Numbered from the stretch's first letter, positions 17,816 through 29,055 are shown. The stretch: DNA of 64,000 nucleotides from an uncultured Gemmatimonadaceae bacterium (GCA_963822945.1 CAWGJO010000026.1:1-64000); one strand, 5' to 3'. The notes: generated from the letters alone by a model not told the origin. Translations and numbers: made by a program.

Positions 17816-19332
17816 AGATCAGACACCTGCTCATCCCGCTCGTGCTCGCGGTGGCCACCGCGACGCTGGGCACCCAGCAGCCCCGCGGCGCATTCCCGCA
17901 CGCGCGGCATGCCAAGCTCTTTCCCACGTGCGCCGGCTGTCACGCCGGAATCCTCGACGGCGACTCGTCGCGCATGTTCCCCACCGCCGAGGCCTGCGCG
18001 CAGTGCCACAACGGGACCGACGTGCGGCGGGTGGCGTGGACCGGCCACGTGGAGAAGGCCACCAATCTCAAATTCTCGCACACCGAACACGAGATGATGT
18101 CGGCGCAGGGCGGGTCCCCCGCCCAGTGCGTGAATTGCCATGGCCAGCAGGCCGGCCGCGACACCGCGTGGATGCACGTCGCCGGCGCCAATCCCGCCGC
18201 GTGCATCACCTGCCACCGCCACCAGGCGAGCGAACACCTGGCGCCCACGGCGGATTGCGCCACCTGTCACAAGACGCTGGTGCAGGCCACGAGCCTGTCG
18301 GCGGGCGACATCGCCGCGTTCCCGAAGCCGGCCTCGCACAGCGATCCGAACTGGCTGTCCACCCACGCGCCGAAGAACGACGCGCAGGTGGCCCAGTGCG
18401 CCATCTGCCACGCCCGCGAGAGCTGCGAGCGGTGCCACGTGAACGCCGATCAGGTGCCGGCCATCGCGGCGCTCGGGCGTGACACCCGCGTGGCGGCGCT
18501 GGAGCGCGAGATGAAGCCGGCGTACTTCACGCCGGCTTCGCACAAGGCATTCGACTGGGAGTACACGCACGGGCCGTCGGCGCGCACGGAGACGCAGACC
18601 TGCGCCACCTGTCACGCGCGCACGAGCTGCACGACCTGTCACATCGGTACCGCTGGCCAGGACGTGATCAGGAAGCTGCCGGTGCCCGCACCCGGCCGGA
18701 CCCAGGGGGTGCTGCTGGTGCATGCCGCGTCGGTGTCCATCGTGCGGCCCAACCCGACCGCCGGCACGGCGGCGGGGAGCGGCCTGGTGCTGCTGGCGAC
18801 GGCGCGCGATACCGTGCGGTCGACCGCGGTGCACGTCCACCCCGATGGCTTCGCCACCAACCACAAGGACGTCGCGGCCAGTGGACAGCTCAACTGTCAG
18901 GGCTGCCACCAGCCGCGCGACTGCACGGCCTGCCACGACGGCGTTTCGCCCCGGGGCGGCTACCACCCCGCGGACTTCATGTCCCGGCACGCCACGGGCG
19001 CCTACGCGCAGGAGCAGAACTGCAGCAGCTGCCACCGCGTGGAGACCTTCTGCCGCTCATGCCACGAGAAGTCGGGCATCGCCAAAACGGGCGGCGTGCG
19101 AGGCACGGCGCATACGGCGCAGCCGCTCTGGCTGCTGCAGCACGGGCAGGCGGCGCGGCAGGGGCTGTCCTCGTGCACCGCATGCCACCAGCAGCGCGAC
19201 TGCCTGCGCTGCCACTCGAGCCTGGGCCTGCACGTCAACCCGCACGGGCCCGACTTCAATGCGGAGGCCATGGGGTCGCGCAATATGCAGATGTGCCTGG
19301 TGTGCCACCTGACCAATCCGCTGAAGAAGTGA
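17812..19332 (+). CDS. Secreted 16-heme c-type cytochrome
   Basis: ATG at 17812; signal peptide MKIRHLLIPLVLAVATA; 16 CxxCH counted; c3/c7-like FxHxxH motifs. Confidence 0.92.
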   Translation: MKIRHLLIPLVLAVATATLGTQQPRGAFPHARHAKLFPTCAGCHAGILDGDSSRMFPTAEACAQCHNGTDVRRVAWTGHVEKATNLKFSHTEHEMMSAQGGSPAQCVNCHGQQAGRDTAWMHVAGANPAACITCHRHQASEHLAPTADCATCHKTLVQATSLSAGDIAAFPKPASHSDPNWLSTHAPKNDAQVAQCAICHARESCERCHVNADQVPAIAALGRDTRVAALEREMKPAYFTPASHKAFDWEYTHGPSARTETQTCATCHARTSCTTCHIGTAGQDVIRKLPVPAPGRTQGVLLVHAASVSIVRPNPTAGTAAGSGLVLLATARDTVRSTAVHVHPDGFATNHKDVAASGQLNCQGCHQPRDCTACHDGVSPRGGYHPADFMSRHATGAYAQEQNCSSCHRVETFCRSCHEKSGIAKTGGVRGTAHTAQPLWLLQHGQAARQGLSSCTACHQQRDCLRCHSSLGLHVNPHGPDFNAEAMGSRNMQMCLVCHLTNPLKK

Positions 19333-19337
19333 ACGAC

Positions 19338-19440
19338 TGCTGACCACCGCTGACGGCTGACTGCTGAAGGCTGACCCCTGACCGCTGACGAGCCCGAAGC
19401 AGCCAGCGGTCAGGCCTCAGCCGTCAGCCGTCAGTGGTCG
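19338..19440. repeat. CTGAC/GTCAG short-unit inverted repeat cluster
   Basis: Several (G)CTGAC units followed by GTCAG units; CCTGACCGCTG pairs with CAGCGGTCAGG. Confidence 0.6.
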
Positions 19441-19458
19441 GTACTCACTCGTCCGTGG

Positions 19459-19537
19459 CCGAAACGACACCGGGACGCCTCTCGATGGAAGGAGAAGCGT
19501 CCCGGCGTCGTTTCGGTTGACCGTTGACCGTTGACCG
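19459..19537. terminator. Long hairpin between convergent genes, followed by (TTGACCG)x3
   Basis: CCGAAACGACACCGGGACGC...GCGTCCCGGCGTCGTTTCGG (19459-19516); heptamer tandem 19517-19537. Confidence 0.6.
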
Positions 19538-19611
19538 TTATCTGTTGCCTGTCGACTGCGGACTCACGACTTGTCGTTGCCCGCTCGTTCGGCGGTCGGC
19601 CTTCAACCGTC

Positions 19612-20058
19612 CTACTTCTTCATCGCGGCCTTCGTTGTGCCGGCCGCGTGCATCTCCTGCAGTGCGCTGTCGGTCAGCATCTGCGTATTCGGGCCCTGGC
19701 GCCGCTTGATCTCGGCGCTGGCGCTGTCCGCCAACGGCTTGTTGCCGAGCTTCTCGGCCGCCATGTAGATGCCGAAGAAGGGCGCCGCGTTCAACGGCGC
19801 GAGATCCGACGCCTGGCGGTAGCTCTTCAGCGCCGCATCGTACTTGCCGGCCCGGTACTGGGCGTTTCCGCTGTCCAGCGCCGCGCGGGCATCGGGGGAC
19901 ATCGAGGTGTGCGGGTTGGCCGTGCTGTCACCGGCCGCCATGGCACCGAGCGGCGTCTTGGCCGGCTGCTGGGACTGCTTGCATGCGCCCGCGGCGAGGA
20001 GCGCCGGGAGCGCGAGGAGAGCAATGGCGCGGGTGGCGCCACGAGAAATCTCGGACAT
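19612..20058 (-). CDS. TPR-containing lipoprotein
   Basis: Lipobox AAGAC; GNAQYRAGKYDAALKSYRQASDLAP TPR motif. Confidence 0.7.
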   Translation of the reverse strand: MSEISRGATRAIALLALPALLAAGACKQSQQPAKTPLGAMAAGDSTANPHTSMSPDARAALDSGNAQYRAGKYDAALKSYRQASDLAPLNAAPFFGIYMAAEKLGNKPLADSASAEIKRRQGPNTQMLTDSALQEMHAAGTTKAAMKK

Positions 20059-20341
20059 GACTGACCTCGGGAGTTGGCTTCGAAAGCTACTCTGACTGCG
20101 CCGCAGTATCGCGGAATCAGGGGGTTTGACGCAGCCGGACCTTTGCCGCGCACGCTGTAAGCATTTCCCCGACGGCACTGTCGGCGCAACCCCCCTTCCT
20201 ATTCAGGAGTTTGCTTCTGTCTGCCTTTCGCGCCGGGCCGGATCATGTACAGACACGAAAGTCTATAGACGCGGCCACCGGGTCGGGGACCCCCTCACCC
20301 GCCGGTTCGCGGACTACCAACCCATCCTAGGGGGTTGTGTC

Positions 20342-21486
20342 ATGCTCACGCCAACCACGCACGCGTGGTCAGACGATGAAGCGCTGGGCGGATATCTCGG
20401 CCGCCGCGGCATCAGCCGGCGAGACTTCATCGAATTCTGTGGACAGATGGCCGCTGTCCTCGGACTCAGCAGCCTGGCGGTGCCGAGAATCGCCGAGGCC
20501 ATGGAAGCGCTCAAGCGCCCCAGCGTCATCTGGCTGCAGTTGCAGGAATGCACGGGTTGTGTCGAGAGTGTCATCCGCACGTCGGATCCGACCATCGGTG
20601 ACCTCGTCCTCGACGTGATCTCGCTGGACTTCATGGATACGCTCATGGCGGCGGCGGGCACCCACGCCGAAGAGGCGCTCGACACGGCCCGCAAGCAGAA
20701 CGCCGGCAAGTACATCCTGATCGTCACCGGGTCGGTGCCGACGAACGAGAACGGCATCTACACGATGATCGGTGGCCGCACCGCGCGGCAGCTGCTCGAG
20801 GAAACGGCGAAGGATGCGGCGGCGGTGATCGCCGTGGGCGCCTGTGCCCACTGGGGCAGCGTCCAGGCCTCGAAGCCGAATCCCACGGGCGCCGTGGGCG
20901 TTTCGGAAATCGTGAAGGACAAGCCCGTGCTCAACATCGCCGGGTGCCCCCCGATCGCCGACGTCATCACGGCCACCGTGGTGCACTTTCTCACCTTCGG
21001 GCGCCTGCCCGAGACCGATGGCGACGGACGGCCCCTGTTCGCGTACGGCAAGCGGATTCACGACCAGTGCCCGCGGCGGGCGCACTACGACGCCGGCCAG
21101 TTCGTGCGCGCGTTCGACGACGCCGGCGCCCGCGAGGGCTGGTGCCTGTACGAGGTGGGGTGCAAGGGTCCGGCGACGTTCTCGCCGTGCCCGATCTTCA
21201 TGTGGAACTCCCATACCGATTTTCCAATCGGTGCCGGCCATCCCTGCATCGGCTGCACCGAGCGGAACTTCTGGGATTCGATGTCGCCGTTCTACCACCG
21301 CCTGCCCAACGTGGCCGGCGTCGGGGTGGAGCACACGGCGGACATCCTCGGGGCCGCGCTGGCGGTAGGCGCGGCGGCCGGCGTTGCCGCGCATGCGGCG
21401 GCGACGGGCATCTATCAGATCCGTTCGCGGCGCGCCGAGTCGGCGCGCCGACCAGAAGTCGAGCGCAACCGGCCGGGAGGACAGCC

Positions 21487-21508
<22 letters not shown>
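20342..21508 (+). CDS. hyaA: Group 1 membrane-bound [NiFe]-hydrogenase small subunit
   Basis: Tat motif SRRDFIEF; ECTGC, GAC, GCPP, HDQCPRR, WCLYEVGCKGP, HPCIGC; C-terminal TM anchor with His; last residues may be frameshifted (22-bp overlap with the large subunit). Confidence 0.93.
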
Positions 21509-23198
<1,690 letters not shown>

Positions 23199-23202
<4 letters not shown>

Positions 23203-23975
23203 CCCCTCTCGATTCCAAACATGCGCGCGGCTCGCCCTGGCCGTCGATCGACGAACGGGCCGGGGCCATGACGCGCGAGCCGGTCATCCAGCGCGGTGGC
23301 CGGTCGGAGCACTGGGTCTACCTGTGGCACTGGCCCATCCGCGCCATGCACTGGACGGCGGCCGTCTGCATCGTCGTCCTGGTCGTGACCGGGTTCTGGA
23401 TCGGCCGGCCGTATTTCATGACGGGTGGGGCGAGCCAGACCTTCGGCCTGCAGTACGTGCGCCTCGTGCACTTCATCGCCGCCGGCGTGCTCGTCGCCAC
23501 GGCCATCGTCCGCATCTACTGGCTGTTCGCCGGCGATCGCTTCGAACGGCTGCCGGCGCTGTTCCCGGTGCGGAAGAGCGATTGGGTGAATCTGTGGAAG
23601 ATGGTCAAGTTCTACCTGCTCGTGCATCCGGAGCGCGCGCCCCGTTATCTGGGGCACAATCCGCTGCAGCAGTTGTCGTACACGTTCACGTATCTGATGG
23701 CCGCGCTGCTGGCCGTGACCGGATTCATCATGTTCGGCGAGGCGAACCCGCAGGGGCTCATCATGCACACCTTCGGACAGCTCGCGCCCATGCTGGGCGG
23801 GTTTCAGTGGGTGCGCGTGATCCATCACGTGGCCGCCTGGTACTTCCCCATCTTCATCATCCTTCACGTGTATCTCGCCATCCGCGCCGACCTGCTGGAG
23901 CGGAGCGGCGCGATCTCGTCGATCATCAGCGGCGGCCGGTTCGTGGCCACCGACGAGCACTATGCCGACGAGTGA
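23199..23975 (+). CDS. hyaC: [NiFe]-hydrogenase b-type cytochrome subunit
   Basis: WPIRAMHW, VRLVHF, GHNPLQQLSY, RVIHH, ILHVY; start may be 23268. Confidence 0.9.
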
Positions 23976-24501
23976 GCGGCGTTCGGGCGATGTCGTCGTC
24001 GGATTGGGCAACCCGATCATGGGCGACGACGGCATCGGCCTGGCCGCGCTCGAACGCCTGCGCGAGGAGTGGGAGATCCCGGCGGCCGTCGAGCTGGTTG
24101 ACGGCGGCACGTGGGGCATGACCCTGCTTCCGCTGCTCGAAAGCGCGGAGCGCGTACTCTTTCTCGACGCCATCCGCACCGGGCGCCCCGTGGGAACCCC
24201 CGTGGTCCTCGTGGGTCAGGAGATCCCCCGGCAGGCGGCCCTCAAGATTTCGCAACACCAGATTGATCTGCGCGAGGTGCTCGCGGTGGCCGAGTTCCGC
24301 GGCACGCTGCCCCCAGACATGGTGGCCGTCGGCCTCGAGCCGGCCACGTTCGAACTCGGCGACCCGATGACACCGGCGGTGCTCGACAACATCGACCGCG
24401 TGGTGGAGATGGCGGTCGACCAGCTGCGGGCATGGGGGCACGAGTGCCGAAAGCGCGCTGCCGTCGGCCCGCTGCTCACGGCTGCCGGCCCCGGGTGGTA
24501 G
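23962..24501 (+). CDS. hyaD: Hydrogenase maturation endopeptidase
   Basis: GLGNPIMGDDGIG, VDGGT, FLDAI, SQHQ. Confidence 0.92.
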   Translation: MPTSERRSGDVVVGLGNPIMGDDGIGLAALERLREEWEIPAAVELVDGGTWGMTLLPLLESAERVLFLDAIRTGRPVGTPVVLVGQEIPRQAALKISQHQIDLREVLAVAEFRGTLPPDMVAVGLEPATFELGDPMTPAVLDNIDRVVEMAVDQLRAWGHECRKRAAVGPLLTAAGPGW

Positions 24502-24504
24502 CTC

Positions 24505-24753
24505 ATGCACGAAATGTCCGTCGCCATGGAGATCTGCCGCATCGTGGACCAGAAGTACGACCGCGAGGCCGGGACGCTGGTGACGGTCGGTGTCGAGGTC
24601 GGCGACGACGCGGGGCTCGAACTCGGCAACCTGGAATTCTGTCTGGAGGCGCTGCTCTCGCAGCCGCCGTTCACCGGCGCCAAACCGCACTTCGACCGCA
24701 AGCCCGGCGACGTGCTGCGCGTCAGCTACCTGGAGTTGGACGATGGCCATTAG
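24505..24753 (+). CDS. hypA: HypA-like nickel chaperone lacking the zinc domain (82 aa)
   Basis: MHEMS Ni motif, VEVG...LEFCLE and C-terminal G..LRVSYLEL; no CxxC pairs. Confidence 0.85.
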   Translation: MHEMSVAMEICRIVDQKYDREAGTLVTVGVEVGDDAGLELGNLEFCLEALLSQPPFTGAKPHFDRKPGDVLRVSYLELDDGH

Positions 24754-25447
24754 AACGATCGACGTCCGCGAACGCGTCATGGAGAGGAACGACGTCATTG
24801 CCCGTGACATCCGCGCCCGGCTCGACGCCAGCGGCGTGGCGGCGCTCAACCTCGTCTCGTCGCCCGGCTCCGGGAAGACGCTGCTGCTCGAACGCACGCT
24901 CGACGCGCTCGGCGACGAGCTGCGCATGGCCGTCATCACCGGCGACGTGCAGACGCAGAACGACGCCGAGCGACTGGCCCGCCACACCACGCGCCTGGTG
25001 CAGGCCGTGGTCACCGGGGGCGCGTGCCATCTCGATGCGCGGCAGATCGACAACGGCCTCGAGGCCGTGGATCTGGACGACACCGACCTCGTGTTCATCG
25101 AGAACGTCGGCAACCTCGTCTGTCCGGCGTCGTGGTATCTGGGCGAGGACGCGAAGGTGGTGGTGTTCTCGGTGACCGAGGGCGAGGACAAGCCGCTCAA
25201 GTATCCCAAGATGTTCCGCGAGGCCCGGTACGCGGTGTTGAACAAGGTGGATCTCCTGCCGTACGTTCCGTTCGACGTGGACCAGGCCGTCGAGTGCGCG
25301 CGGCGGGTGAATCCGGAGTTGGAGTTCTTCTTCACGTCGGCCACCACGGGCAGCGGTCTCGACACCTGGTTCGATTTCATCCGGCGGGTCGCACGATCCG
25401 GCCGAGCGCCGGCGAGCGCGCCGGTGGCGGCGCGCGCTCAGGCATGA
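24743..25447 (+). CDS. hypB: Hydrogenase nickel-insertion GTPase HypB
   Basis: SSPGSGKT, ACHLDA, ENVGNLVCPA, EGEDKPLKYP, NKVDL. Confidence 0.95.
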   Translation: MAIRTIDVRERVMERNDVIARDIRARLDASGVAALNLVSSPGSGKTLLLERTLDALGDELRMAVITGDVQTQNDAERLARHTTRLVQAVVTGGACHLDARQIDNGLEAVDLDDTDLVFIENVGNLVCPASWYLGEDAKVVVFSVTEGEDKPLKYPKMFREARYAVLNKVDLLPYVPFDVDQAVECARRVNPELEFFFTSATTGSGLDTWFDFIRRVARSGRAPASAPVAARAQA

Positions 25448-27798
25448 ACCGAACGATCGAGGCGCAGCGGGCGGAGCCGGGGGCCGGGCAGTCGACGGAC
25501 GGGCTCCGCCTTCGCGTTGCCGGGGTGGTGCAGGGGGTGGGCTTCCGCCCCTTCGTGCACCGGATGGCGGTTCGGCACGGCCTGCGGGGATGGGTGCGCA
25601 ACACTACGGGCGACGTCGAGATCGCCGTGGCGGGCGAACCGTGGGAACTGGAGCGCTTCGTCCGCGCCCTGAGCGCCGAAGCGCCGCCGCTGGCGCGCAT
25701 CGACCGCGTGGAGCGCGAAGTCCTGCACGGCGCGATCCTCGGGCCCTTCCGGATCGTCGAGAGCGACGGCAGCGGCGAGGAGGGGCAGTGGGTGTCGCCC
25801 GACGTCGCCATCTGCCCGGCGTGCGAGGCCGAACTCTTCGACCCGCTGGACCGCCGGTACCGGTATCCCTTCATCACCTGCACCAATTGCGGCCCGCGTT
25901 ACTCGGTGATCGAGCGCATGCCGTACGATCGCGAGCGGACCAGCATGCGCCGGTTCGAACAGTGCCCGGCGTGCGACCGCGAGTACGCGAGCATCGGCGA
26001 CCGGCGCTATCACTCGGAGACCAACAGCTGCCCGGTCTGCGGGCCCCGGCTTGCCTACCTCGACCGCCGCGGCCGCCCGGTGGATGCCGAGGACCCCATC
26101 GCGTCGGCGGCCGCGGCGCTGCGGGGAGGCGGCATCGTGGCCGTGCGCGGCATGGGCGGATTCCACCTCGCCTGCGATGCCACCGCCGAATCCGTGGTCG
26201 TGCGCCTGCGGCGCGGCAAGCACCGCGACGGCAAGCCGCTCGCCGTGATGGTGCGGTCGCTCGCCGACGCCCGCCGACTCGCCATGATCGGCGATCGGGA
26301 GGCCGAGTGGCTGGAGCGTCCCGCGCGGCCCATCGTCGTGGTCGAGGCCCGCGAGGGTTCGCCCGTGGCGCCGTCGGTGTCCGGAGGGCTCGCCACCATC
26401 GGGCTCATGCTCGCCTACACGCCGGTGCACCTGCTGCTCCTCCAAGCCGTGGGGCGCCCGTTGGTGATGACCAGCGGAAACCACACCGGCGAGCCCCTGG
26501 CCGCGTCGCTCCACGAGGCGCTCCGCGATCTGGCGGACGTGGCGGGGTCGTACCTCACGCACGATCGCGAAATCGTGGCGCGGATCGACGACTCGGTGGT
26601 GCGGGTGGTGCCGGGGCCGGGCCGTCAGTCCGACGCACCGGCGGCGCCCGCCATCCTCATGCGGCGCGCCCGCGGCCTCGCGCCGCTGCCGGTGGCCCTG
26701 CCCGTGGCCGCGCCGGAGCCGCTGGTCGGCGTGGGACCGCATCTCAAGAACACCTTCACCCTCGCCACGGGGCGGGACGCGTACGTGAGTCCCCACATCG
26801 GCGACCTCGAGACGCTCGACACCGCCGACCACTGGCGCGCCACGTACGACGCGTTCCGCCACCTGTTCCGCGTCACGCCGTCCGTGGTGGCGCGCGACCT
26901 GCATCCCCAGTACCTGTCCACGCGCCTGGCCGCGGAACTCGGCATCGACCGGGTGATCGCGGTGCAGCACCATCACGCCCACATCGCCGCCGTCGCCGGT
27001 GAGCACGGCGTTGCCGAGCCCGTGATCGGCGTGGCGTTCGACGGGACGGGGTACGGCGACGACGGGCACACCTGGGGCGCCGAGATCCTCGTGGCCGATC
27101 TCGCCGGGTACCGGCGCGTGGCCCAGCTCCGGTACGCGCCGCTGCCCGGCGGCGACGTGGCGGCCCGTTCGCCCTGGCGTGTGGCGTTGGGGTACCGCTC
27201 GCTCGCGCCGGAGCACGCCGACGCCTTCTCCCTCGCCCATCGCGGCGTCGATCCACGCGCCGTCCGGCTGGTGGAGCAACAGATGGCCGCCGCCGTGAAC
27301 ACGCCGCTGGCCTCCTCCATGGGCCGGCTGTTCGATGCGGCCGCGGCCGTGCTCGGGGTCTGCCGCGAGTCGCACTTCGAGGGAGAGGCGGCGATGCGGC
27401 TCGAGGCACGGGCCGCCCACCACGAAGCCGGTCCCCTCCCGTACGAGGCCGTCGCCGGCGAGGGGGGGCGCCACCACTTCGATCCCATCCCGCTGCTGGC
27501 CGCGCTGGGCCGCCGCGCGCTCGGGGGCGAGGATGTAGGGCGCCTGGCGGCGGTATTTCACGAGAGCGTCGCAGACGGCACAGCGGCCTTCGTCGGCTCG
27601 TTGGCGGCCCGGGAGGGTATCACCCGGGTGGCCCTGGGCGGGGGCGTGTTCCAGAACGCCCGCCTGCTGGCCTCGCTGGCCCGGAGGCTCGAAGCCCGGG
27701 GCCTGCAGGTGCTCACGGCCGGGGTGCTGCCGCCCAACGACGGGGCCGTGAGCTACGGGCAGGCGGTGGTGGCCGCGGCGCAGCTCGCGCGGCGCTGA
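25444..27798 (+). CDS. hypF: Carbamoyltransferase HypF
   Basis: GVVQGVGFRP acylphosphatase domain, zinc fingers (CPAC, CTNCGPR, CPVCGP), QHHHAH, FDGTGYG, PPNDGAVSYGQ. Confidence 0.95.
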   Translation: MNRTIEAQRAEPGAGQSTDGLRLRVAGVVQGVGFRPFVHRMAVRHGLRGWVRNTTGDVEIAVAGEPWELERFVRALSAEAPPLARIDRVEREVLHGAILGPFRIVESDGSGEEGQWVSPDVAICPACEAELFDPLDRRYRYPFITCTNCGPRYSVIERMPYDRERTSMRRFEQCPACDREYASIGDRRYHSETNSCPVCGPRLAYLDRRGRPVDAEDPIASAAAALRGGGIVAVRGMGGFHLACDATAESVVVRLRRGKHRDGKPLAVMVRSLADARRLAMIGDREAEWLERPARPIVVVEAREGSPVAPSVSGGLATIGLMLAYTPVHLLLLQAVGRPLVMTSGNHTGEPLAASLHEALRDLADVAGSYLTHDREIVARIDDSVVRVVPGPGRQSDAPAAPAILMRRARGLAPLPVALPVAAPEPLVGVGPHLKNTFTLATGRDAYVSPHIGDLETLDTADHWRATYDAFRHLFRVTPSVVARDLHPQYLSTRLAAELGIDRVIAVQHHHAHIAAVAGEHGVAEPVIGVAFDGTGYGDDGHTWGAEILVADLAGYRRVAQLRYAPLPGGDVAARSPWRVALGYRSLAPEHADAFSLAHRGVDPRAVRLVEQQMAAAVNTPLASSMGRLFDAAAAVLGVCRESHFEGEAAMRLEARAAHHEAGPLPYEAVAGEGGRHHFDPIPLLAALGRRALGGEDVGRLAAVFHESVADGTAAFVGSLAAREGITRVALGGGVFQNARLLASLARRLEARGLQVLTAGVLPPNDGAVSYGQAVVAAAQLARR

Positions 27799-27919
27799 GT
27801 GCGGCCGCGGGGCGGAGAAGTTGCGGCGCGGGCGTCCCGGACCCGTTTCGCGTAGAATTATCCAGCGGCGCGACGCCTCGGCGGCGGTACCGGCTTCACC
27901 ACGACCTTGAGGAGGACGG

Positions 27920-28375
27920 ATGACGGCACTACGGGGTGGACGGCGGAGCGCGCTGCTGGGGGTGGTGGCGACGGCGCTCGTCGCGTCGGGCTGCTTCGGC
28001 AAGCCGAAACATCCCGTGCCCGCGCCGCTGCCCGTAACCCTCTCCATCGTCAGCCACGCCTTCGCCGACGTCGACGTGTCCGTGCTTCCGTCACCCGGGG
28101 CCGGCGCCATGCGGCTCACCACGGTATCCGGATTCTCCAAGGCGACCATCCGCCTCCGCGCCACGCAGCTCCAGCCCGGCGGCGTGCTGCAGTTGCAACT
28201 GCACGCCATCGGAACCAACACCCAGTGGATCACCACGTCGCTCCCCGTCTCGCCCGGTGAACACGTGATTCTGGAGATCAACTCCGACGCCACCGGGAAC
28301 ATGAGCCGGAGCGTGCTCTATCCGCTGCCGGACTCCGACTCGGGCGGCGGCTCCGTGCCGCCGCCGGCGTCGTAG
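27920..28375 (+). CDS. Hypothetical lipoprotein
   Basis: Lipobox VASGC followed by a small beta-rich domain; GAGGAG RBS. Confidence 0.6.
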   Translation: MTALRGGRRSALLGVVATALVASGCFGKPKHPVPAPLPVTLSIVSHAFADVDVSVLPSPGAGAMRLTTVSGFSKATIRLRATQLQPGGVLQLQLHAIGTNTQWITTSLPVSPGEHVILEINSDATGNMSRSVLYPLPDSDSGGGSVPPPAS

Positions 28376-28456
28376 GCGCCTACCGTTTTCGAACCGAGGT
28401 CGCTAGGGTTCATATATTGCTACATCGTCATATACGCATATCGGAGGATATACGCG

Positions 28457-28891
28457 ATGGCTAGACCGCACGGGCGTGCGCCCATGGTGATCACCCACGA
28501 GGGGGGACTCAAGTTCGCCGCCCAGATCCGTTCGCACCGACTGATCGTCGACCAGCCGGCCGGCGTCGGGGCCGACGAGGGCCCGATGCCGCTCGAGTTG
28601 ATCGGCGCCTCGCTCGGTACGTGCGTCGCCCTCTACGTCCAGCAGTTCTGCGAGGCGCGGGGGCTGCCCTATCAGGGCATGCGGGTGGAACTCGACCAGG
28701 TGGGCGCGCAGAACCCCGGACGCATTGCCAAGTTCATCGTCCGCGTGATGCTGCCCTCGGCCCTGCCGCCGCAGTACGCGGAGATGCTGGAGCGCGTGGC
28801 GCGCAGTTGCCCGGCGCACAACACCCTGGTGCACGGCGCCGACGTGGCCGTGGAGATCGAAGCGCCCACGGGGGCCGCCGCCAGCGCCTGA
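28457..28891 (+). CDS. OsmC/YhfA family protein
   Basis: DQP...GP.PLEL..ASLGTC and SCPAHNTL; GGAGG RBS. Confidence 0.85.
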   Translation: MARPHGRAPMVITHEGGLKFAAQIRSHRLIVDQPAGVGADEGPMPLELIGASLGTCVALYVQQFCEARGLPYQGMRVELDQVGAQNPGRIAKFIVRVMLPSALPPQYAEMLERVARSCPAHNTLVHGADVAVEIEAPTGAAASA

Positions 28892-29055
28892 CCTTCGCAA
28901 AAATCGGGGTCAACCCCCGACTCCGCGGTGCGTCATTCGCCGACAGCCCCGGTTTCCCGCTCGCCGTACCGTTCATCCAGACAGGCGAGCGGGGAGCCGA
29001 GTTGCCGCCTCGACTTCGCGTCCAGGTTCCGTGCGGCGCATATGAGGATAGACCC

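Noticed and set aside
19338..19537. CRISPR array
   Set aside because: Units are 5-7 bp with no unique spacers and no cas genes.
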